Assembly: GCA_963843975.1 (NCBI GenBank)
Contig: CAWJMG010000003.1
Location: 1,110,001-1,142,000 of the forward strand
Direction: 5' to 3'
DNA: 32,000 nt
From: an uncultured Actinomycetes bacterium
GTDB taxonomy: Bacteria > Actinomycetota > Actinomycetes > S36-B12 > CAIYMF01
The notes beneath the pieces were generated by a model that was given only the letters and a program-made list of their open reading frames with translations, searched no databases and was not told the origin of the DNA. Position numbers and translations under genes: made by a program. Positions 9,808-17,125 of this stretch are shown here, piece by piece (within the stretch, counting starts at the first letter, position 1; each line of letters starts with the position of its first letter).

Positions 9808-9855
9808 CGTGGGCGTCCCTTCCTCGTTGCGACGTCGAACGCGTCCTGCCGTGCC

Positions 9856-9881
9856 GACGTACGACGGCACCGCGGAGTTCC
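9856..9881 (-). promoter_or_regulatory. Candidate ECF-sigma (SigE-like) promoter for pspA
   Basis: The minus strand reads GGAACT-N16-CGTC, with the AAC in the -35 and the CGT in the -10 typical of ECF promoters. It ends 48 nt upstream of the pspA ATG. The call rests on motif only. Confidence 0.3.
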
Positions 9882-10096
9882 AAAGTGCGGAGTCCCAACC
9901 TATCGGGCCGTCGACGGCCTGTCCCCCGGTCCCACCCCCAGCGGACCCCTCACGTGCGGTGAGTAGCCGCGGCACCGATCTGAGTAGTCGCTACCCATCC
10001 CCCACGCACCTGGGATCCCGAGACTCGTCCACGAGCGGCGCCACCGGGCGCCACGACAGGACCAGGGGCCGTCCGGCCCGGACCAAGGAGAGCACC

Positions 10097-10939
10097 ATGA
10101 AGACCACCCTGCGCCGCGCGGCCACCGCCCTGGCCGCCACCGTCGCCCTCGCGGCCGGCGCCCTCGGCGTCGCGACGCCCGCCTCGGCCGCCAGCCTCTG
10201 CGCGACCGACTGCATCTCGTACGCGCCGGTCACCGCCGACACCAAGACCATCCGCGCCAGCGTCGTCACCACCGGCTACGTGAACGTCACCGGCGAGATC
10301 TGGAAGTCGGACAAGTCGGCCCGGGTCGGATACCTGGTCGACGGCCAGACCGAGACGTGGACGAACTCGTGGACCTTCACCAGCTCGACCAGCGGGGCCC
10401 TCACCCAGGGCGCGACGTACGCCGTGAAGCTCGTCGCCAAGGACATGCTCGGCAAGACCTGGACCGAGTGGCGCTCGGTCCGCGTGAAGCAGCGGACCGC
10501 CACGTGGCACGTGACCAAGATCAACCTCGCTGACGACAGCGACTCCCTCGGCTCCGGCGAGTTCAAGGCCGGCTGGAAGGTCGGCACCACGGTGAAGTCC
10601 CCGCTCTGGAGCGGCTGGCAGTCCAAGTCCTCGGGCGGCAGCTGGACCTTCTCCTCGACCAACACCGCCGCGACGATCGTCCGCGTCGGCGAGACCTCTG
10701 CCCCCAAGGTCTTCCTCGAGCTCCTCGACGACGACACCGACCCGAGCGACTTCGGGTGCGGCACCGGCTTCGCCCCGGGCTGGGACGCCGGCACCAACAG
10801 CTGCGCCGACTGGGCCACTGCCGGCGCCTACGTCAACCTCCCCGAGACCTCGGCGACCACCAGCTTCACGCTGTACGTGAACAAGAACGCCGTCGTGAAG
10901 TTCACCGTCCAGGGCTACGTGGTCACCACCGTCGCCTGA
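10097..10939 (+). CDS. Secreted protein of unknown function (280 aa)
   Basis: ATG at 10097 follows AAGGAGA. The Sec signal is MKTTLRRAATALAATVALAAGALGVATPASA|AS. The mature part is Trp/Thr/Ser-rich and beta-like, with Cys pairs (CATDC, CGTG...NSC). I recognise no family. Confidence 0.7.
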   Translation: MKTTLRRAATALAATVALAAGALGVATPASAASLCATDCISYAPVTADTKTIRASVVTTGYVNVTGEIWKSDKSARVGYLVDGQTETWTNSWTFTSSTSGALTQGATYAVKLVAKDMLGKTWTEWRSVRVKQRTATWHVTKINLADDSDSLGSGEFKAGWKVGTTVKSPLWSGWQSKSSGGSWTFSSTNTAATIVRVGETSAPKVFLELLDDDTDPSDFGCGTGFAPGWDAGTNSCADWATAGAYVNLPETSATTSFTLYVNKNAVVKFTVQGYVVTTVA

Positions 10940-10955
10940 CGCGCCCCACCTCCTC

Positions 10956-10987
10956 GGCAGGCCTCCGCCCTCGGGCGGGGGCCTGCC
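10956..10987 (+). terminator. Hairpin terminator after the secreted-protein gene
   Basis: ggcaggcctccgcc / ctcg / ggcgggggcctgcc forms a 14-bp stem with one G-U pair. It starts 17 nt after the stop. Confidence 0.5.
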
Positions 10988-11026
10988 CGTTGGTCGGCGC
11001 GCCTGGGCGACGCCTAGAGTGACGGC

Positions 11027-11641
11027 GTGTTCCGCCGCAAGAGCTCCGACACCGAGGTGTCCGCGCCCACCACCGAGCCCGCCCCGTCGGCCCAGGGCAA
11101 GGGCGCGCCCACGCCCACCCGCAAGGAGGCCGAGGCCGCCCGCAAGGCGCGGCTCTCGGGCACCACGGGAGACCCGAAGGCCGACAAGAAGGCCGCGCGC
11201 GAGGCCGACCGCCAGGCCCGCTACGAGGCCCGGATGGCCCTGCAGGCGGGCGACGAGCGCCGGCTCCCGGCCCGCGACGCCGGCCCGGTCAAGTCCTACG
11301 TCCGTGACTTCGTCGACGGCCGCATCAGCGCAGGCGAGCTGTTCATCCCCGTCGCCCTGGTCGTGCTCGTGGCCGGCTTCGTGCGGATCCAGTGGGTGCA
11401 GGTGGTCCTGCTCTGGGCCTGGTCGGCGATGCTCCTCGGCGTCATCCTGGACTCGCTGTTCCTGTGGTTCCGCCTGCGCAAGACGCTGCCGGAGCGGTTC
11501 CCGGACGAGTCCCGCAGGGGCGCCCTCTCGTACGGCATCCTCCGCAGCCTGCAGATCCGCAAGCTCCGCCTGCCCCCGCCCAAGGTGCGCTACAACGGCC
11601 AGCCCGTCGTGCCGAAGGCGAAGAAGCAGCCGAAGGCCTAG
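11027..11641 (+). CDS. DUF3043-like membrane protein (204 aa)
   Basis: It has a Lys/Arg/Ala-rich N-terminal half and two TM helices (FIPVALVVLVAGFV, LLWAWSAMLLGVILDSLFLWF). Its position corresponds to Rv2206, upstream of cobT. Confidence 0.7.
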   Translation: MFRRKSSDTEVSAPTTEPAPSAQGKGAPTPTRKEAEAARKARLSGTTGDPKADKKAAREADRQARYEARMALQAGDERRLPARDAGPVKSYVRDFVDGRISAGELFIPVALVVLVAGFVRIQWVQVVLLWAWSAMLLGVILDSLFLWFRLRKTLPERFPDESRRGALSYGILRSLQIRKLRLPPPKVRYNGQPVVPKAKKQPKA

Positions 11642-11686
11642 CGCCGCTCGATCGCGCCCGTCACCCGCCCCGCATAGGGTCGGGGC

Positions 11687-12685
11687 ATGCAGCATCGACG
11701 TCTCGGCCGCAGCGGCCTCAAGGTCAGCGAGATCTCCTACGGCAACTGGATCACCCACGGGTCCCAGGTCGACGAGGACGCCGCCATCGCCTGTGTGAAC
11801 GCGGCGCTCGAGGTCGGCATCACGACGTTCGACACCGCCGACGTGTACGCCGGCACCAAGGCCGAGTCGGTGCTCGGCAAGGCCCTGGCCGGCCAGCGCC
11901 GCGAGGGACTCGAGATCTTCACGAAGGTCTACTGGCCGACCGGCCCGGGCGTGAACGACCGCGGGCTCTCGCGCAAGCACATCCTCGAGTCGATCAACGG
12001 CTCGCTGCGCCGCCTCGGCACCGACTACGTCGACCTCTACCAGGCCCACCGGTACGACCACGAGACGCCGCTCGAGGAGACGATGCGCGCGTTCGAGGAC
12101 GTCGTGCGCTCGGGCAAGGCGCTCTACATCGGCGTCTCGGAGTGGGACGCCGAGCAGATCCGTCGGGCGGTCGAGATCGCCGACCAGATGGGCTTCGACC
12201 GCCTCGTGTCGAACCAGCCGCAGTACTCCATGCTGTGGCGCGTCATCGAGGCCGAGGTCGTCCCGACGAGCCAGGAGCTCGGTCTCGGGCAGGTCGTCTG
12301 GAGCCCGATCGCCCAGGGGATCCTGACCGGCAAGTACCTCCCGGGCCAGCCCGCCCCCGAGGGCTCGCGCGCCACCGACCCGACCAGCGGCCACTTCACC
12401 GAGCGGCTGCGCACCGACGAGATCCTGACCCAGGTGCAGAAGCTGAAGCCGCTCGCCGAGCAGGCCGGCCTGTCGATGGCCCAGCTCGCCGTCGCGTGGG
12501 TCCTGCAGAACGACAACGTGTCCTCGGCGATCATCGGGGCGAGCCGTCCCGAGCAGGTCGTCGAGAACGTCAAGGCCGCGGGTGTCGTGCTCGAGCCCGA
12601 GCTGCTCGACGCGATCGACATCGTGCTCGGCGACGTCGTCGAGACCGACCCCCGCCTCACCGTGTCCCCCAACCCGAGGGCGTGA
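11687..12685 (+). CDS. Aldo/keto reductase (Kv-beta/Tas-like, 332 aa)
   Basis: MQHRRLGRSGLKVSEISYGNW, TFDTADVYAGTKAE, DYVDLYQAHRYD, IGVSEW and AIIGASRPEQ are canonical AKR blocks. Confidence 0.85.
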   Translation: MQHRRLGRSGLKVSEISYGNWITHGSQVDEDAAIACVNAALEVGITTFDTADVYAGTKAESVLGKALAGQRREGLEIFTKVYWPTGPGVNDRGLSRKHILESINGSLRRLGTDYVDLYQAHRYDHETPLEETMRAFEDVVRSGKALYIGVSEWDAEQIRRAVEIADQMGFDRLVSNQPQYSMLWRVIEAEVVPTSQELGLGQVVWSPIAQGILTGKYLPGQPAPEGSRATDPTSGHFTERLRTDEILTQVQKLKPLAEQAGLSMAQLAVAWVLQNDNVSSAIIGASRPEQVVENVKAAGVVLEPELLDAIDIVLGDVVETDPRLTVSPNPRA

Positions 12686-12689
12686 GGGC

Positions 12690-12914
12690 ATGAGCGGCGA
12701 CACCGACTGGACGTGGCGGTACGTCACGACGTCCGGCGACCCCGTGGCGACGGCGCCGACCGACGTCCCCGAGGGCTTCCCGAGCCAGGCCGATGCGGAG
12801 ACCTGGATCGGCGAGGAGTGGGCGCGCCTGCTCGAGGCCGGGGTGGACGCCGTCACCCTGCTCGAGGGCGAGCGGGTCGTCTACGGCCCGATGAGCCTGC
12901 ACCCGGCGGGCTGA
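12690..12914 (+). CDS. Small hypothetical protein (74 aa)
   Basis: ATG at 12690 lies 4 nt after the AKR stop, with GAGGG upstream. The GC3 bias is strong. The sequence is MSGDTDWTWRYVTTSGDP...WIGEEWARLLEAGVDAVTLLEGERVVYGPMSL. I recognise no family. Confidence 0.55.
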   Translation: MSGDTDWTWRYVTTSGDPVATAPTDVPEGFPSQADAETWIGEEWARLLEAGVDAVTLLEGERVVYGPMSLHPAG

Positions 12915-12924
12915 GGAAGCCGGC

Positions 12925-14313
12925 TCAGGCCGCGGCCGCCACCAGCGAGCCGCTGTACATGCCCATGACGCACGCGAAGTCGTAGCGCTCCCCGGCCGCG
13001 AGGGCGGGGAGCTCGACGACGTTGGCGCCGGTCCGCAGGTTGGCCTTCCACTCCCAGCTCACCCCGCGCAGGTACGCCGCGCAGCTGAGGTCGGACACCG
13101 AGGTGATCTCCCAGCGGATCGGCAGACCGGGCTTCACCACCGTGGTCTGCGGCACGTAGCCGCGGGTGGTCTGCTCCATCGTCACCGTCTGGGTCGTCGC
13201 GCCGACGCTGACGTTTCCGGTGATCGCCGTCGGCACCTCGGTGGCCCGCTGGGTCCAGCCGAGGAGCGCTGCGGCGCCGCCGGCGTTGACCAGGGCGAAC
13301 GCCACGAGCACGGCGCCGGTGATCGCGAGCACCTGCTGCCGCACCGCGGCCGAGCCGATCCGCGGGAGCCCCGCCACGGCGAGCAGGCCGGGCGCGGTGC
13401 CGATCGCGAACACCGCCATGGTGATCCCCGCGGTGAGCGCCGAGCCGGTGGTCATGGCGTAGAGCTGCATGGCCTGGGTGAAGCCGCAGGGCAGGAAGAA
13501 CGTCAGCGCTCCGAGGGCGGCCGTGCGGGCGTCGGAGTACGGCCCTGAGGAGCGCTGCTCGACGCCGAGCGCGCGGGCGAGCGACGGCGGCAGCGACGGC
13601 GACCACGCGGCGAGACGGGGAGACACCCGCAGCAGCCGGATGCCGAGCACGGCCATCACGAGCGCCACGGCGAGCGTCAGCACCGCCTGCGCCTTCTCCG
13701 GCAGGCCGATCTGGGCGCCGATCGCTCCGAGGGCGGCTCCCAGGAGGGCGAAGCCGACGATCCGGCCCGCATGGAACACCAGATGCGGCCGCAGCGATCC
13801 CGGGCGCGGCCGGCCGTCCTCGTACCCGACGGCCGCGGCGTGCGAGGCGGACACCGCGAGCACGAGACCGCCCACCAGGGCCATGCAGGTCGAGACGCCG
13901 GCCGCCAGGCCGACGAGCAGCACGACGAGCAGGCTCCCGGACGACGTCGAGGCAGAGCCCGAGAGCAGGTCGGGCAGGCCGAAGAAGGCGACGAGCACCG
14001 CGCCGACAGCCACGACGGCGGCTGCCACGAGCGCCTCGCGCCACACCGTGACGTCCGGGCTCACCCACGGCTCACGGCCCACGCGGTAGCCGGCCCCGGC
14101 GACGGCAGCTTCGACGGACCGGTCCAGCACGGGACGGTCGACGTCGTCCGCGACGATCAGTGAGGCCTCGCCGCGGCGCACCGAGACGACGGCGGACTCC
14201 ACGCCCGGCACCTTCGTCAGCGCCTTGGACACCCGGGTCTCGCACGCGCGGCAGGTCATGCCGGCGACGGGGACACGCACCTCGTGCATCCCGGTCGTCG
14301 TCGGTCGTGCCAT
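12925..14313 (-). CDS. Three-domain metal-handling membrane protein with an N-terminal HMA domain, a TauE/DsbD_2-like polytopic core and a C-terminal cupredoxin-like domain
   Basis: ATG at 14313 sits 7 nt after GGAGG. It has the GMTCRACETRV metal-binding motif, about 6 TM helices with FFLPCGFTQAM, and a C-terminal FACVMGMYSG. Confidence 0.7.
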   Translation of the reverse strand: MARPTTTGMHEVRVPVAGMTCRACETRVSKALTKVPGVESAVVSVRRGEASLIVADDVDRPVLDRSVEAAVAGAGYRVGREPWVSPDVTVWREALVAAAVVAVGAVLVAFFGLPDLLSGSASTSSGSLLVVLLVGLAAGVSTCMALVGGLVLAVSASHAAAVGYEDGRPRPGSLRPHLVFHAGRIVGFALLGAALGAIGAQIGLPEKAQAVLTLAVALVMAVLGIRLLRVSPRLAAWSPSLPPSLARALGVEQRSSGPYSDARTAALGALTFFLPCGFTQAMQLYAMTTGSALTAGITMAVFAIGTAPGLLAVAGLPRIGSAAVRQQVLAITGAVLVAFALVNAGGAAALLGWTQRATEVPTAITGNVSVGATTQTVTMEQTTRGYVPQTTVVKPGLPIRWEITSVSDLSCAAYLRGVSWEWKANLRTGANVVELPALAAGERYDFACVMGMYSGSLVAAAA

Positions 14314-14489
14314 GCCGTCACCTCCGCCAGCGCTGATCGTCACGGTCATCATCGGCGTCCCGGGCAGCGAACGCGAGAGATCCCGCTGCGAGCGGCCGGT
14401 GTCGTCCGACACGCCCGGCGGGGCACCCACCTGGGGCGATGCGACGACCTTTGACTCCGGGCACCGGCGCGTGGTCAGGTACAGGGGCC

Positions 14490-14630
14490 CCCTACCGTGG
14501 GGGTCACAACTGAACACCCGCGCCTGACGTCCAGGGGAAGCCGGTCCGAATCCGGCGCTGAACCCGCAACCGTAGGTGGTCGACCCGTTGAGGACGGGAA
14601 CGACTGCGAGCCGGAGCACCTGGCGGGCGC
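14490..14630 (+). promoter_or_regulatory. Cobalamin (B12) riboswitch aptamer. The 5' boundary is approximate.
   Basis: The conserved core AGGGGAAGCCGGTCCGAATCCGGCGCTGAACCCGCAACCGTAGG lies at 14533-14576. The B12 box GAGCCGGAGCACCTGGC lies at 14608-14624. The element sits in a roughly 490-bp gene-free region upstream of a corrinoid salvage operon. Confidence 0.8.
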
Positions 14631-14697
14631 GAGATCGGCTCACATCCGTCGAGGTCTACGGAACGAGCCCGGACCGTCCCCCTGGTCCGACCTCTCG

Positions 14698-14741
14698 CCC
14701 CTCGCGCCCGGTCCTCACGGACCACGGCTCGAGGGGTTTTT
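14698..14741 (+). terminator. Riboswitch expression platform: an intrinsic terminator (attenuator)
   Basis: The outer stem cccctcg (14698-14704) pairs with cgagggg (14730-14736), and an inner stem ggtcc/ggacc closes a tcac loop. It is followed by TTTTT (14737-14741). The left arm 14701-14710 (ctcgcgcccg) is perfectly complementary to 14624-14633 (cgggcgcgag) at the 3' edge of the B12 box, giving an antiterminator option. Confidence 0.65.
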
Positions 14742-14801
14742 CGTCGTACGGGGAGCAGTCCGGACCACTTGGTTCGTGCCCGCTCCACCGAAAGGACCCC
14801 C

Positions 14802-16190
14802 GTGGTCACCGTCCCCTCCGGGCGCCCGCCCGCTGCTCGTCGTGCCATCGCCGGCCTCCTGGCCGCCACCGCGCTCCTGGCCTCCGCCGCGCTCGCCGCG
14901 CCGTCGGCCTCGGCCGCCACCGCCCCCGTGCAGGTCGGCCTGTTCGGCACGCAGGACCCGACGTACGACGGCGTCTTCCGCCAGTCGCTGGCCCTGCTCG
15001 CCTTCGCGGCCGCCGACCAGGCGCCGCCCGAGGAGTCGGTCGCCTGGCTGCTCGACCAGCAGTGCGCGGACGGCGGCTTCCAGGCGTTCCGCGAGGACAC
15101 GACCAAGCCGTGCACGAAGTCCGACCCCGCGAACTTCGTCGGCGAGGACTCGAACTCCACGGCGCTGGCGTCCGCGGCGCTCACGGTGCTGGGCGAGCTC
15201 GACGCCGCCGACGGCGCTCTCGCCTGGCTCGAGGGTGCGCAGAACTCCGACGGCGGCTTCCCCTACTTCCTCGGCGGCACGTCCGACGTGAACTCCACTG
15301 CCATCGCGCTGATGGCGACCAACGCCGTCGGGCTGGCCCCCACCCAGGTGACCTCCGGCGGCGTCTCGGCCGCCGACTACCTCGTCGGCCTGCAGGTCGG
15401 CTGTCCGGGCGTGCCCACGAACGAGGACGGCGGATTCGCCTACGCCGACTTCTCCGCCGGCACCGCGAACGACGCGGCCACGGTGCAGGCGGCGCTCGCC
15501 ATCACCGGAGCTGCGCTCCCGTTCGTCGCGGACGCCCCGTCGCTCGACATCCCCCGCGTGGACTGCCCCGCACCGACCGTGACGCCCACCGCGCCCGCGG
15601 TCGCCGGTGCCGCCGCTCCGGCGGCGGCGCTGCCCGTGACCCCGGCCGAGCTGGCGGGCGGCTACATCGCGCGCACGCTCGAGACCTACGGCAACGCCAT
15701 CCCCCAGCTCGACTTCACCACGGGAGAGCGCAAGCCCGGCACCGTCTCGGCCGGCGACACCGCGTGGGCCGTGCTCGCCCTGTCGGCGATCGGAGTCGGC
15801 GGCACCCAGCGCGACGCCGCCCTCGACGTGCTGCTCGCCGAGGTCGGTACCGCCCCGGCGGCCAAGACCGCCGCGAAGGCCGTCTCGGACGAGGCGCCCG
15901 GGCTGCTCTCGCTCGCCGCGCTCGCGGTCGTGTCGGCCGACGGCAAGCCGGCGACCGCGGCCGACCTCGTCGCGAGGGTCGGCGCGACGATGCGCACGGC
16001 TCCCGCCTCGGTGACGCCGACACCGACGCCCACGACCGGCACGCCGACCCCGTCCGGCACGAGCGACGGCGGCCTCGCGCCCTCGGGCGCCTCGCCGCTC
16101 ACGCCCGGCCTCGCAGGTGCCGGTGCGCTCCTGCTCCTCCTCGGGTCCGTGGCGCTCGGGCTGACCCGCCGCCAGGGCAGCCACTCGTGA
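14802..16190 (+). CDS. Cell-surface prenyltransferase/squalene-cyclase-repeat (alpha/alpha toroid) protein with a C-terminal sorting-type anchor (462 aa)
   Basis: GTG at 14802 sits 5 nt after AAAGGA. The signal peptide contains RR (AARRAIAGLLAATALLASAALAAPSASA). It has three Q/N-xx-DGGF repeats (QQCADGGFQAF, AQNSDGGFPYF, TNEDGGFAYADF) and a T/P linker. The C-terminus is LAPSG plus a hydrophobic stretch plus RRQGSHS. Confidence 0.75.
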   Translation: MVTVPSGRPPAARRAIAGLLAATALLASAALAAPSASAATAPVQVGLFGTQDPTYDGVFRQSLALLAFAAADQAPPEESVAWLLDQQCADGGFQAFREDTTKPCTKSDPANFVGEDSNSTALASAALTVLGELDAADGALAWLEGAQNSDGGFPYFLGGTSDVNSTAIALMATNAVGLAPTQVTSGGVSAADYLVGLQVGCPGVPTNEDGGFAYADFSAGTANDAATVQAALAITGAALPFVADAPSLDIPRVDCPAPTVTPTAPAVAGAAAPAAALPVTPAELAGGYIARTLETYGNAIPQLDFTTGERKPGTVSAGDTAWAVLALSAIGVGGTQRDAALDVLLAEVGTAPAAKTAAKAVSDEAPGLLSLAALAVVSADGKPATAADLVARVGATMRTAPASVTPTPTPTTGTPTPSGTSDGGLAPSGASPLTPGLAGAGALLLLLGSVALGLTRRQGSHS

Positions 16191-17125
16191 CCGACGCACG
16201 CCGGGGGACGGCGGCCGCACGTGCGGCCGCCGTCCTCGGCGTGCTCGGGTCCGTCCTCGTCGCGTTGCTCGTCGCGGCCCCGGCCGCCGAGGCCGCGTCG
16301 TACCGCTACTGGACCTACTGGTGGGGGCAGCCCGCCGCCACCTCCTGGACCTTCGCCCAGCTCGGCCCCGCGAGCGACCGCCCGAAGGACGGCGCGGTGC
16401 TCGGCTGGAGGTTCGCCGTCACGACCGAGGCGGGCGGCAAGAAGTCGCCGCGCGCGTCGCTGCCGTTCGACTCCCTCTGCCCGTCGCTCGCCGGGACACC
16501 TGCCGGCGCGGGCGAGAAGCGCGTCGCGGTCGTCGTCGACTACGGCACGGCGTCCGACGCTCCCCCGGGCGAGGCGCCTCCGGGCGGAGGCACCGTGCGC
16601 GTCGAGTGCGTGACGGTCGCCGCCAACGCCACCGGCGTCGCCCTCCTCAACGCGGCCGGCGTCTCGCTGCGGTTCGGCGACAACGGGCTCGTGTGCGGGA
16701 TCGACCGCTATCCGCGCACCGAGTGCGCGGCGGTCGTGGCCGACCCGACGCCGTCCCCGAAACCCACCACGGCCGCCCCCAAGCCCCAGCCCAGCACCGC
16801 CCGACCGACCGCGTCGGCGACCGGTGGCGGCAGCGTCGCCAGCAGCGCGGCGGCGGGAACGGCCTCAGCCGGTGAGCAGTCGTCGTCGGCCGCGACCACC
16901 GGGAGCAGCAGCGCCGTCCCCGAGGCGACGACGGCGTCGCCTGCGCCCTCGACGTCGGTCGACCCGACGACCGAGGTGCCGCTCCCGGTCAGCTCCGGGG
17001 CCCCCGTGGCCTCGGGCACCGAGGGCGGTTCCGGCGGCAGCCCCATGGCGCCGGTCGTCGGGGTCGCGCTCGTCGCCGCCGTCGGCATCGGAGCCTGGTG
17101 GACAGCGCGCGGGAGGCGGGCATGA
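16187..17125 (+). CDS. Stalked, membrane-anchored extracytoplasmic protein (312 aa), reminiscent of the SCO2322-type family that accompanies such ECF operons
   Basis: The GTG at 16187 overlaps the upstream stop (GTGA). It has a signal peptide ending AAEA|AS and a roughly 150-aa domain (YRYWTYWWGQ, DGAVLGWRF, GLVCGIDRYP, 4 Cys). A roughly 100-aa S/T/P/A stalk follows, then a C-terminal TM plus RGRRA. Confidence 0.7.
   Translation: MTDARRGTAAARAAAVLGVLGSVLVALLVAAPAAEAASYRYWTYWWGQPAATSWTFAQLGPASDRPKDGAVLGWRFAVTTEAGGKKSPRASLPFDSLCPSLAGTPAGAGEKRVAVVVDYGTASDAPPGEAPPGGGTVRVECVTVAANATGVALLNAAGVSLRFGDNGLVCGIDRYPRTECAAVVADPTPSPKPTTAAPKPQPSTARPTASATGGGSVASSAAAGTASAGEQSSSAATTGSSSAVPEATTASPAPSTSVDPTTEVPLPVSSGAPVASGTEGGSGGSPMAPVVGVALVAAVGIGAWWTARGRRA

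Noticed and set aside
9808-9960. A ClgR-type operator (CGC-N5-GCG-like palindrome) upstream of pspA.
   Set aside because: I could not find a convincing match, and no clgR-like regulator gene is adjacent in this window.
9950-12856. A 968-aa ORF on the minus strand spanning the secreted-protein, DUF3043 and AKR genes.
   Set aside because: Its translation is Arg/Gly/Ala/Pro/Asp-rich with no recognisable domain. It lies antisense to three well-supported plus-strand genes that have SDs and family motifs. Long stop-free antisense frames are expected at this GC content. The same applies to 2893-4440(-), 4169-5413(-), 18006-19715(-), 19637-21028(-), 25117-26991(-) and 26288-28042(-).
14769-14801. 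The TTG start at 14769 given in the ORF track for the toroid protein.
   Set aside because: It has no SD. The in-frame GTG at 14802 lies 5 nt after AAAGGA and yields a normal signal peptide.
16960-17000. LPVSSG in gene B as an LPxTG sortase motif.
   Set aside because: It lies about 18 residues before the hydrophobic segment and has Ser-Ser in place of x-Thr. A plain C-terminal TM anchor is the safer reading. The LAPSG signal of gene A is kept only as a possibility.
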